Positions 53,701 to 62,500 of a DNA stretch of 64,000 nt are shown piece by piece (within the stretch, counting starts at the first letter, position 1; each line of letters opens with the position of its first letter). Under the pieces are notes generated by a model that ran no database searches, had not been told where the DNA came from, and saw only the letters and a program-made list of their open reading frames with translations. The position numbers were made by a program, and so were the translations under genes. The DNA comes from an uncultured Cytophagales bacterium (GTDB taxonomy: Bacteria; Bacteroidota; Bacteroidia; Cytophagales; 172606-1). The DNA lies in the NCBI GenBank assembly GCA_902805615.1, contig CADCTQ010000208.1, positions 3,574-67,573 on the forward strand. The letters run 5' to 3'.

Positions 53701-55737
53701 GGCGACGTGTGCCGGTGGCTGAGTGACGGGGCAATTGCCTTCCTGGGCCGGAATGATGACCTGGTCAAGCTGCGGGGTTACCGCATTGAGCCGGGTGAGA
53801 TCGAAAACAAGTTGCTCGAGCATCCCGGCGTCAACGAAGCGATTGTGGTCGTCAACAGCGATCCGGCCGGCGACAAGTACCTGGCGGTATACTACACGAC
53901 CCAAAGGGACCTGCCGGTGCACGAGGTAAAGCACTTTCTGACGACGTCTTTGCCCGCCTACATGGTGCCGTCTTACTTCGTTGCATTGCAAGCAATGCCG
54001 TTGAACGCAAACGGCAAGATTGACCGCACGAAGTTGCCGGCGGCGAATGTTTCCGGGGAAGACGGCGGAATTGCCAGCCTGGCTACGCACAATGAAACCG
54101 AAATGCAACTGGTCGAAATCTGGAAAAATATTCTTGGGAAAGACCAAATCGGCGTGCACGCCAACTTCTTTGAAAGGGGCGGCCACTCCTTAAAAGCCGT
54201 GCAGCTGATCACGCAGGTGCACAAGTTGCTGGACGTAAAAATCGAGTTGAAAGATATTTTTCTGGCGCCTACCGTAGCGTTGCTGGCCGGGGTGATAGCC
54301 GGCAAAGCCAGACAGGCGTACCAGGAGCTGGATGCAATTGAAGAACAGCAGCATTACCGCGTCTCGCACGCCCAGAAGAGGCTCTGGGTGCTCAGCCAGT
54401 TCAGGCGCGCAGACAGCAGTTACAATGTTTCGTCCGCTTACGAACTCGAAGGACTGGATTTGCGGGCTTTTGAAAAGGCCTTCGAAACGATTGTGCAGCG
54501 GCACGAAATCCTGCGTACCACGTTTATTGTGGCCGACGGCGAGCCCAAACAGAAAGTCCACGACCTCGCGACCATTGCGTGCAAGCCGGAACAGGTTGAT
54601 CTCACCGGCCTAGTCCACCCGGCGGAAGTGGCCCGGGAGATGGCCGACAATGAGAGCAGCACCCCTTTCGACCTGGAAAGGGGGCCCCTGATCCGTTGCA
54701 AGCTGCTTAAGTTGGGGGATCGCAGTCACATGCTCCTGCTCACCATGCACCACATCATTACCGATGGAGATTCCGCCGGCGTGTTCATCAAAGAATTCTT
54801 AGCGTTGTACTACGCCTTTAAGAACGGCACTGTCCCCCGGCTGCCCCCGTTGAACATCCAGCACAAGGATTATTCCGCCCGGCAGAACGGCCAGGTAAAG
54901 CAGGGCAAACTGGATGAACATCGTGCGTATTGGCGGGAGAAGTTCAGGGACCATGCCGCCAACTCGGGGATACCCGTTGACTACGAACGGCCCAAACTCC
55001 GGTCGGTGCAGGGAAGCCGCGTGGGAACCACCCTGCCCGCGGAACAAGCCGCCGGCCTCCGGAGCATCGGTGAACAAAGCGGCACCACGTTGTTTACGAC
55101 ATTTCTATCCGTCGTGAACGTACTGCTCTACAAGTATACTGACCGGTCCGACATTACCATCGGAACGCCCGTCAGCAACCGGGAATTAAAGTCTTTGGAG
55201 AATCAGATTGGGTTTTACGTCAATCTTTTGCCCCTGAAAAATGAGGTCCGGGGCGATCTTACCTTCACGGCGTTTCTGCAAACCGTTAAAAACAATTGCA
55301 TTGAGGCGTTCAGCCACCAGGCGTATCCTTTTGATTTGCTCGTCGAAGACGTGGTCAAACTGCGCGATCCGAGCCGGCACCCGTTATTCGATGTATTGAT
55401 CAACGTCAGGCTGTTTGAACGGCCGGCTTCGCCCGACGGGCCGCATTCGTTCGATCAGGACCTGATCATCAGAAATGTGGATGCTGACAAAGGAGAAGAA
55501 AGCAAACTGGATTTGCGCATCGTGTTGCAGGACCTGGGCGATGAAATGCAGATTGAAATCTACTATAACACCGATTTGTTCAAGAAAGAACGGATCAATG
55601 TCCTGTTGGGCAAGCTCGAAAAGTTGATCACGGAAATTGTTTCCGGGCCAAACCGGAAAATCGATGATTTAACGGTGAACCCTCCCCACGAGAGCACCCG
55701 GAAGGCAAAGAAATTCAAGGCCGACTTCACATTCTAA
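44713..55737 (+). CDS. NRPS-5: C(DCL)-A-T-C*(HRxxxEG)-A-T-C-A-T-C
   Basis: 3674-aa ORF. Motifs, in order:
- N-terminal DCL C: IYGLSPLQEGILFH, HHISMDGWC
- A: YTSGSTGTPKGALIRQ
- T: LGGHSLKA
- C-like domain with CLHRIVSEG
- A: YTSGTTGRPKG
- T: IGGDSLVA
- C: HHITSDGWS
- A: YTSGSTGQPKGVMVEH
- T: RGGHSLKA
- terminal C: HHIITDGDS
Hand-extracted codes: DIWVLGADDK (no confident match), DLTKLGHIGK (Asp-type) and DAFFLGITYK (Ile/Val-like). Confidence 0.97.
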   Translation: MLSKENIKDIYGLSPLQEGILFHNLLDAEEDTYFRQSAYRIEGSLDVEAARKSFNGLSARHDVLRTVFNYSKGMKPLQIVLKQRDVDFYYEDLRTLSPAGKEQYIEEFKKSDAKKSFDITKDVLIRISIFRREENSYELIWSDHHISMDGWCRKILYTEFAQLYIGHLKGIPAAFQPVTPFSAYIKWIESRNKSASLAYWSGYLKGYDVPVEIPRLRIAEGTTYKSEVVSRPLTEEKTSALKALAKTFGTTLNVLFQVIWGSIIAKYHNRNDVVFGAVVSGRPPEIPGIESMVGLFINTIPVRVQFAHDQAFDDVLLQCHQHFTEAESHHYCQLADIQSASELKHKLFDHILIFENVPVSESDEAATDAGLGFQLSHHDAREHTNYDLDVTIGIGQQLTLQITYNEHVHDRCFVENLFEHFGNVADQVLANPRLGMSRLKLISPAEEAQVCFGFNKAEKRYDGDLTIIGRFEYQAEKNPGAPAVIHNGRQLTYGALNQQANCLANFLIGSGFRKGSFAGVCLDRGLDLVVAMLAIAKAGGVYVPFSTGHSVSRTHLMIEQSEVSVLFATARFVNENAEFLQKGSFPETIVHFADHGGWKAPDEVLAERTVSAAAIYASGNGNNPPAGLLQADNLYMIYTSGSTGTPKGALIRQDGALNHILAEFEFLRLNGALRILQSANISSDISVWQILAPLTCGGATVVIDHDDLLEYDKLCEVITGGKIDLMVLVPSFLVGFLEYLGSAAGPANRFPDLKYVLVGGEDVTVGLVNAWLRLFPHVPVVNAYGPAEASDDVLQNIATQPLPPGTRKFPIGKPLSNINVFIVDNAMNLQPVGACGEICVSGVAVGAGYWRDEERTRQAFVPNPFAGTLGDTIYKTGDIGRWLPDGNVEFFGRADRQVKIRGHRIELEEVDFALKSDAAVMDAVTDVRKNEQGNQVIAAYLIPRVKPGEAAREQAFIDAVRNNVKGRLPEYMRPAWYVVMDHFPVNRNHKVDRKALPDPVFGRIHGAAENLHPKTEVERELLKIWSSVLGVSHPGPTDNFFDLGGHSLKAVQLMMQIQKVFGHKISLKSIFSYSTLREQAAYIEKATVVKRSGPGNAEAYRLSPFQKRVWVIDAFPHSSTINNLFFAYRFSGLDPAVFKAAFHHFIRRHDVLRNTFLLVNGEPHQTTNETDAFGDDLLAGEVHDPRQLALPEMAAAELMRPFDLQKGPLFRAKLMNVGREEYLFVFCLHRIVSEGLSEPVIMKDLVRMYRNQLDAHAEGRQAASKKHKETLDDFYQRLHGGFFEKQKLFWRSKLDDDLPRLEVPHDLPRPADKSYRGGTDVMVLDEQLSDEIATLGHRFGITTGELLVSLCKVLLYRYTGQTDVVVGYLPWMEAPAGGSGRNPLASPLPLRTTFVAGDRFEGLLANVRAGVSDLKNNFLYPFELIIQDLQLTRDVSRAPLFDVVMAEKRELVFGPESEAYRRGVATRESVEIPFCSHDLIIHFGRNARAIVLEIAYSKDLFSPGWIQRFKAHFAQLASAVLRAPAQKLAELDYLTEAEKHAVVSSFNSGPDLYPAGSVLKLFEEQVRATPGAVAVQYGNQGLTFADLDKQGRRLANRMAAEYGIAKGDFVGILARHTDQMIVALVATLKLGAVYIPIDAESPDNRILAIVRDAAVKLLISDRLVSPEIGHAVAMLQLGGAMDEVPGTPDAPMPPEMLPDDVAYVLYTSGTTGRPKGVMVTHRGLSNYAQWLGEKFEIGPGDHTMLLSSFAFDLGYTSLWGSLLSGMTLHLADDLLIRTPERLIAYIAENKITFLKLTPSLFHVLCLGANFGTLQRSHLRFVLLGGESLHPADILKFKQVNDKVVFVNHYGPTEATIGCIVKVLDDAYLRNFDGNPVIGTPIRNAQCYVLDDQLNVLPAGIPGNLYVAGSGLARGYLNNPELTRTAFISPDFPGGRTLYKTGDKAKWLPTGEIVFLGRGDSQVKIRGYRVEPLEVQALLQKLPGVDKVAVVVQKNNQNQNVLAAYLATRRPNDIAYYRKYLGEHLPEFTIPAYFYEVEEFPLTRNGKVDLRTLTAASKPLASAQERVAPRTAIERELAAIWEEALERTAVGVYDNFFEIGGDSLVAAYIIAVIHKKLNVLVSLGILFRHPTIASLAQEIEQLKPDLYEEIRPVEEQEFYGLSHAQKRLWIVNHIGGSQKAYIMLWPYVLDTLDRNAFERALLALVRRHDILRTVFLTVDGEPRQKVLSPEAFAFRVEYVDLRGHAGQNERVQQYVNDELNLPFDFTRALLRCKLIQVDQQKFVLLFTMHHITSDGWSEYIIQDEILKLYHAFRNGGQDPLAPLRIQYKDYCAWQNVQLSGSRLKRHQSYWLKQFEEPVSRLKLPTDFPRPALQTFSGAIHFFRIDPELQQRLNGMARENGASLFMTLLSGVSVLLYKYTHQTDIVLGTAAAGRDHVDLGSQVGFYANILPIRLRFSDAGSFHQLLTDALDVTLEAFEHQLYPFDLLIDDLNLERDLSHSPLTDVMVVMQNIASGDEDAGNLGDVSPEALSDVEYAAAKYDLIFTFRETAGGIQAKVSYNTDLFKKDTIERLSEQLIILLNEIVKDPAAPVVALNYLSEKDSRDILFGYNHTAVPYPSSSSLPLLFEQTVNANPDAVALVSEHSTLTYRQLNERANAIANHARDVYRIGPNALVGLMIDEPELAIVCMLGIVKAGAAYVPIDPNYPAERKKFILDDTNLGVLITRAGHGRDLASFYTGALLEVDAERDDWVENGNKTNPPVVNGPHDLTYVIYTSGSTGQPKGVMVEHRSVIRLVRNTNYISVEPDDRILQASPLAFDASTFEIWGTLLNGASLYLTTKDTLLSAQRLGAFLKASEITKAFLTTALFNRLIDADEDIFAGLKVLLVGGEILSPSHIQKARKSASLSINNIYGPTENTTYSTYWEITTDYAHNIPIGRPIANSTAYILDAHLNPVGTGIPGELYVGGDGLARGYLNNAALTAERFIGNPFVPGDRLYKTGDVCRWLSDGAIAFLGRNDDLVKLRGYRIEPGEIENKLLEHPGVNEAIVVVNSDPAGDKYLAVYYTTQRDLPVHEVKHFLTTSLPAYMVPSYFVALQAMPLNANGKIDRTKLPAANVSGEDGGIASLATHNETEMQLVEIWKNILGKDQIGVHANFFERGGHSLKAVQLITQVHKLLDVKIELKDIFLAPTVALLAGVIAGKARQAYQELDAIEEQQHYRVSHAQKRLWVLSQFRRADSSYNVSSAYELEGLDLRAFEKAFETIVQRHEILRTTFIVADGEPKQKVHDLATIACKPEQVDLTGLVHPAEVAREMADNESSTPFDLERGPLIRCKLLKLGDRSHMLLLTMHHIITDGDSAGVFIKEFLALYYAFKNGTVPRLPPLNIQHKDYSARQNGQVKQGKLDEHRAYWREKFRDHAANSGIPVDYERPKLRSVQGSRVGTTLPAEQAAGLRSIGEQSGTTLFTTFLSVVNVLLYKYTDRSDITIGTPVSNRELKSLENQIGFYVNLLPLKNEVRGDLTFTAFLQTVKNNCIEAFSHQAYPFDLLVEDVVKLRDPSRHPLFDVLINVRLFERPASPDGPHSFDQDLIIRNVDADKGEESKLDLRIVLQDLGDEMQIEIYYNTDLFKKERINVLLGKLEKLITEIVSGPNRKIDDLTVNPPHESTRKAKKFKADFTF
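48000..49330 (+). other. internal condensation-like domain with a degenerate active site (H-R-I-V-S-E-G instead of HHxxxDG)
   Basis: tgc ctg cac cgg atc gtt tcc gaa ggg at 48391-48417 encodes CLHRIVSEG. The second (catalytic) His is replaced by Arg and the Asp by Glu. The domain is otherwise C-like (YRLSPFQKRVW, FDLQKGPLFRAKL, LFWRSKL, LPRPADKS). Confidence 0.8.
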
Positions 55738-55843
55738 CGTTTCTTTCCTGCTTCGTTGCTGGCATCGCCGTCAATGCGCGTTTCCGCGCAGCCGGGAAGC
55801 TTGTCTCATGCCCTTTGGACAAACTGTTCTAAAACCACTCTTT

Positions 55844-56590
55844 ATGATAAAGGAAGAAGGATTGGTCAACTATGACCTGGCAGAAGATTATTGGCTAAAA
55901 AAAGTAAAAAACGTCGAGTGGCGCCGACTCCCCGTTTTTCATTCCGGAAAAGCGTACGGTTCCGGCGCGGGCTTGGAAGAGTTCAGGTTTCCTTTTCCGC
56001 CGAAACTTTCCGCCGAGCTTCGTTCCAAGTCAAAGGATACGCCCTCCAACGTGTACTTGTTGCTTTTAACGGCATGCAACATCTTACTGCATAAGTACTG
56101 GCAACATCCCGACGTACTGGTCGCCACTACGGGGTTTGCTGACCAGGAAGAAGATGCCGCCGAAGACGTCCTCCTGTTTTTTAGAAATTCTATCACCGAT
56201 GCCACCACGCCGCGCGAACTGCTCAACAACGCGCTGGATGATCTGAACCTGGCCTATGAACACCAAAGATTCGACTTCGAATCCCTGGTGAAGACGTTCA
56301 CGGCCAATGAAGCGGGTGATCTACACGCGCTCTACCAGGTGGGACTGGTTTTAATGGGCTTCAACCGGGTAAACAAAAACGGGCTGCTTGACCGGCTCAA
56401 GCTCTTGTTCAGGATTGACCAGGAAGACAGTGGTTTTGGGCTGAGCGTACAATATGATCCCGTCTTCTTCGACCGGTTCATTGTGCAGCAGATGGCCCGG
56501 AACTTCATCCACCTGATCGGCGCGGCCATGAAGGAGATTGACCAGCCGGTTGCCCTGCTGAGCGCAGCGTCACCCGAAGAAAAACTGCAC
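55844..56590 (+). other. vestigial C-terminal subdomain of a condensation domain at the NRPS-6 N-terminus
   Basis: LAEDYWLKKVKNVEWRRLP...LLLLTACNILLHKYWQHPDVLV...AYEHQRFDFESLV has the same layout as the NRPS-2 N-terminus. It has no HHxxxDG half and runs into an Asp-type A domain (ELFEQHAAANPDGIAL). Confidence 0.6.
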
Positions 56591-59500
56591 CTGCTTGGAA
56601 CACCGGAGCGGATCACCCCGCTCCATCCCGGATGGTCCGTTAAAGAACTGTTCGAGCAACACGCCGCGGCCAATCCGGACGGCATTGCCCTGCGGGCCGC
56701 GGAGGTACGCATGACCTTTCGGGAACTCAATGAACACACCAACCGGATTGCGCACCAGTTGCGGGAGCAATACCAGGTGATGCCCGGCGATTTTGTGGCC
56801 GTCATTTCTGACAGGGCGCATTTGGCGGTTATTGGCATGCTGAGTGCGATCAAGTCCGGGGCTGTATTTGTACCCATTCCCGTGGAAATGCCCCGGGAGC
56901 AGGTCGCGTACGTGCTCCGCGATACCCGGGCCAAGGTCCTGCTGACGGATTCGCGGCTGCTTTTTCATCTTACCGACCTGACTCAGTGCGAATTGTTCGC
57001 GCTGGACCTGCAGGTAGCGGCCGAAGCCGATGGCCGCAATCCCGAACTTTCCCTTTCCCCCGAAGACCCGCTTTACGCGATTTATACGTCCGGCACCACG
57101 GGAGTGCCCAAGGGAGTGCTCATCAGGCACGGGGCTTTGCTCAACTACGTGGGCTGGTTTACGGAAAAATTCGGCCTCACGCCTCAGGACCGGACGGTCC
57201 TCCTCTCGTCGTACGGGTTTGACCTGGGCTATACCAGCATTTGGGGAAGCTTGCTGAACGGCGCCGCCCTCCACGTGGTGGACAACCAGACCATCAAGGA
57301 CCCCGACCGCCTGGTTGCTTACTTAACGGCGCACGAAATTACGTTTATCAAGCTGACGCCGTCGTTGTTTTTTATGTTGATGCAGGCGTCCAACCGGCAT
57401 CAGTTAACCACGAGCAAGGTTCGCCTGGTGCTGTTGGGGGGGGAGGAAATTAACGTAAAGATCATTGCGGATTATAAAAAACTGAAAGGCGATACCGTTT
57501 TCGTCAATCACTACGGCCCGACGGAAGCAACGATAGGCTGCATCACGCACGTGATTGATGATGGGGAACTGACGCAATACCAACCGCAGCCCGTCATCGG
57601 GCGCCCGGTAAAGAACGCCAGTTGTTACATCCTCGATACCCATTTTCAGCCCGTCCCCGTCGGGGTGAAAGGGGAGCTTTGCATCTCCGGGCCCGGCCTG
57701 GCCGCGGGCTACCTGAACCAACCCGAGCTGACGAACGAAAAGTTTGTGAGCAATCCGTTCGCGAAAGGAGAATTTCTGTACCGCACCGGCGACCTCGCCC
57801 GGTGGTTGCCGGAAGGGACGATCCAATTCCTGGGAAGAGGAAAGGGCGATGAGCAGGTTAAAATACGGGGGTACCGGGTGGAATTGTCCGAAATAAAAAA
57901 AGTGCTGGAAGAACATGCCGCCGTCCGGGACAGCCTGCTGATCGTCCACCAGGATTCCGAAGGACACAAAAACATCGCGGCGTACGTGCTCACGGCCGCT
58001 GAACCGAAAGAGTTGCGGGAGTACCTGACCAGGCACCTGCCCGAGTACAAAGTGCCCGCTTACCTGATGAAGTTGGATGCCATTCCTTTGACGCCTAACG
58101 GGAAGATCAATTTCAAAGCGCTGCCCGATCCCCGGCAGGAGGCAGGCAGGAATCATTTCCAGGTACCACCCCAGAACAAAACCGAAGAAACCCTGCTGGA
58201 AATCTGGCAGCAGGTGCTCGGCCGCCAGTACATCGGCGTTACGGATGACTATTTCGAGTTGGGCGGCAATTCGTTGAAAGGCGTGCTCATCATCAATAAA
58301 ATGAGGTCGCACTTTAAACGGGACCTGTCGGTTGTTGACTTATTTGATTTCCCCACGATCAGGGCGCTGGCCGGCCACCTGCTGAAGGAGGAAACCGGGA
58401 AGGCCCGCGGTGCGGAAACGGGTGGGGAGGCCGGGTTCGGGAATGCCATCCGGCCGGTGGAAAGCAGCACGTACTACGAGGTTTCCCACGCCCAGAAACG
58501 CTTGTGGATTGTTTCGCAGCTGGGCAACGAGGGCCTGGCCTACATCCAGCCGAGGGCGTACGTGCTGAACGGCGAACTATCGGTGGAGGCACTGACAAAG
58601 TCCTTCAAGACGCTGGTAGAAAGGCACGAAGTATTGAGGACAACTTTCGTTTCGGTGGATGGCCAACCCAAACAGCAGGTCCACCCGGCGGCCTCCTCCG
58701 GTTTTGCCGTAAAATGCGTTGACATTGAAAAAGAACCGGAAGCAATTCAGTCGGAAACTGTACGGGAACTGGTCCGGCAGGACGCAACCACGCTTTTCGA
58801 CCTCCAGAAAGGGCCCCTGCTGCGGGTGATGCTGGTCCGCAAGAGCGCACAGTGCCATGTGCTGTTATTTACGACGCACCACATTGTTTGCGATGCGTGG
58901 TCGATGCAGATCATTGTCGATGAACTGTCCACCTTGTACGGCCACTACAAAAAAGGTGGTTTGTTCAATCCGCTGCCGCCGCTGCCGATTCAATACAAAG
59001 ATTACGCCGCCTGGCATAACCAGCAGGTGATTGAAAATGCGGATGATGCGCATAAAGCTTACTGGATCGGCCAGTTTGCGTCCGGCATCACAACCCTCGA
59101 CCTGCCTACCGATTACAACAGGCCCTTGGTGAAGACCGTTAACGGGAAGACGGTGCGGAGGGTGCTCAACGAGCGTCACGTTGCCGCGCTGAAGGGGATC
59201 GGCAACAAACAGGGCGCCAGCTTCTTCATGACGATCCTGGCAACGATCAACGCGCTGTTCAACAGATACGTCAATAAGGAAGACATCGTCATTGGGGTTC
59301 CGGTTGCGGGAAGGTACAACGCCGATTTGAACAACCAGGTTGGGTTTTACGTCAATAACCTGGCCATCCGCACCCGGTTCAGCAGTGAAGAAAGTTTCGA
59401 AGCGTTGTTGACGAACGTCAAGCAAAGGTCACTCGAAGCGTTCAGGCATCAGGCCTACCCCTACGATTTGCTGGTTGAAGACCTGGACCAGCAGCGGGAC

Positions 59501-62500
59501 CGGAGCCGCAATCCCTTGTACGACGTTGTATTGCTGGTGGAAGAGGCCGGCGACCCGGCGCTTGAGCGCAGCCTGGAAGGGATTGAGATTGAGAATTTCC
59601 AGACTGATTTCAACGTGAGCTGGGTCGACTTGCGGATCACCGTGGTGGAGCGACCGGGGAAGGCCGTCATCAACGTTGATTACAATACCGACCTCTTCGA
59701 GGAGTCACGGATTGCGCGGTTGTTGACCTGCTACGAGGTCCTGGTTGGATCCATTGTCGACGCCCCCGGGAAGGCCTTGTCAGCGCACGCATTTTTGCCC
59801 GCCGACGAACGGGCGTTGCTTACGGATGCGTTCAATGCAACCCGGCGGGAATTTCCGGTGAACGATACGATTGTTGACCGGTTTGAGGATTGCGTCCGGA
59901 AGTACCCGCAGGGCGTGGCCGTCTGCTTCGGCGACGAGCGGCTGACCTACGATGCCCTGAACGGGCTGGCCAACCGGCTCGCGCACCACCTGATCCACAA
60001 TTACGGCACCCGGCCCAATGAAGTCGTGGGCATCCTCCTCGACCGCTCCGTCAACGCGGTGATCAGCTTGCTGGCCGTGCTCAAAGCAGGCGCGGCGTAC
60101 ACCGTGATTGATCCGGCGCTGCCCGATTCCCGGAAAGCCTACATCTGCTCCGATCTCAACGTAAGATCAATCCTGACGGAATCCCAGCATTTATTTCAAT
60201 TGTCGGGCATTGATGCTGCCCTGTTTGCCGTTGACATTCAGTTGGCGCAGCTAGAGGAATCCCCCGAGAATCCCGGCAGGATCTGCAGCCCTTCCGACCT
60301 GGCCTACGTGATCTATACTTCCGGTTCCACCGGCAATCCCAAAGGGGTGATGCTGGAGCACATGGGGATCGTGAACCTGGCCCTCTGGCAACAGCACGCG
60401 TTCAACCTTACCAGCCAAAGCCGCGTCCTGCAGATGTTTTCGTACAGCTTCGACGGGGCGGTGGGCGAAACATTCATGGCTTTGCTGAACGGCGCCACCC
60501 TCTGCATGGCCGATACCACCAGCCTTTCGGCGGAAGGAATGATGAAGTTCATCAACGAGCACCGCATCAACGTGGCGGTATTCGTTCCTTCCTTCCTCAA
60601 GCAGCTTGATCCGGAGGAGCTAAGGGTGCCCGACTGCTGCATCGTTTCGGTAGGAGAAGTGTGCACCCCGGAACTGGCCGCCAAGTGGAGCCGCCGGTGC
60701 AAGTTCATGAACGCCTACGGACCGACCGAATACAGCGTATACTCCCACTACAACGTGGTGAATCCGGACACGCTGTCGGGTAAAGTACCGGCAGTTGCCA
60801 TCGGCGGTCCCATCTTCAATACCGCATCGTTTGTGCTGGACAAAAACGGGGAGCCCGTTGCCATCGGCCTGGACGGCGAACTATACCTGTCGGGGGTAGG
60901 GATTGCGAGGGGATACGTCGGCAAGACGAGCGAAACCCTGGCAAAATTCGTCCCGAACCGATTCTTCCTCAAGGATGTATGCCGGGATCACGGCCAGGTC
61001 GAAATGCCGGAATCACTGGCGGCACTCGCGTCGTTCCGGGCGGCCTGCCGGGAGAAACTACCCACGTCGGAGCGCTGGGGCTGCGCCATACCCGACATCC
61101 TCAGCAGTGAGTGCATGCCGCTGTACATGAACCGGCTCGATGCCGACCTGCAGCAGGAAGTGAACCGGATTCTGGAGGGGTATCTCACCAACCGGGAAGG
61201 CTACCAGGGGTACTGCCGGTATTTTATGGAAGGCTTTTACGGAACCTATGAATCGTGCGGCATGACCGGCGAGGTGCTCCGGTGGATTCTGCCGTTTGCT
61301 GACTTTGGCGGGAAAAAAGGGATAGACTTCGGGTTTGGTAACGCGGAAGTAATGAAAACCCTTGCGGAACTGGGCGCCTGCATGAAGGGGTTGGACTGGA
61401 GCCCCTACTTCGTGCAAAACGCCCGGCGGGCCGGGTTGGATGTGCACCTGGGAAAGATAGACCAGGATTTGGAAAGCCTGCTGGACACCTGCAACCTGGA
61501 GACCGGCTCATTCGATTTTGCAACCTCCACCTTGTTGCTGGACCGGCTCGAGAAACCAACCCATTTTATCAGTAACCTCTTTACTTTGCTCAAGGTGGGC
61601 GGCCGTTTTGCCATACAGACGCTTTTGCCGGTGCAGTCGGAAGACGATGGGGACAACGACCCGAAAATCGTATACACTGCCGAAAACAACCGGATCACGC
61701 CGGGCAGAAACGTCGAGGAAGACAAGTGGTACCTCACGCAGTTGCTCTACGAGTACGGCGCCGGGCACATCGAAATCTGCCAGATTCCCTATTCCGTCGT
61801 GAGCCGGGACGGCCTGCAGGATTACCAGATGTGGAGCTTCTACGGAACGAAGGCCGAACACGCAGCCCCGGCGTTGAGGAGCCGTTTGAGCAGGATGTAC
61901 AAGACGGGTGACGTCGTCCGCTATTTGCCCAACGGGCACCTGCAATTCCTCGGGCGCATGGATCACCAGGTCAAGCTGAGGGGGTTCCGCATCGAACTCG
62001 GCGAAGTCGAAAGGGCCATTACCGAAGACCCCCGCATCGAAGACGCGCTGGTAACGGCGCAGCACGACCAGGGGCAGGAGCAGTACCTGGTGGCGTACGT
62101 AGTGCCGAAGGAAAAAATTGATTTCACGGCGCTCCGCGAACGGCTCGCCAACCGGCTGCCGGGTTTCATGCTCCCCGCTTATTTTGTCGGCATTGATAAA
62201 TTTCCCCTGACAGCCAGCGGCAAGATCAACCGCAACGCCCTGCCCAACCCCGCCGCACCGGCGCAACGGCAACACGAAGGGTACGTGCCCCCGGGTACGG
62301 CGTTGGAAAAGCAACTGGCGACTCTGTGGGAACAGGTACTGAACAAGGAACGCATCGGCCTGCGCGACAATTTCTTCTTGCTGGGCGGCCACTCCCTGAA
62401 AGCAATCCAGGTCATATCCAGGGGGGCGAAAGAATTCGGCATTAAGCTCGACCTGAAGGACATCTTCAACAACCCTACGATAGCAGCACTTGCAAAAATT

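Noticed and set aside
55891-56094. 67-aa plus-strand ORF from the track (non-ATG start).
   Set aside because: It is out of frame inside the unlisted NRPS-6 reading frame, which carries clear NRPS motifs.
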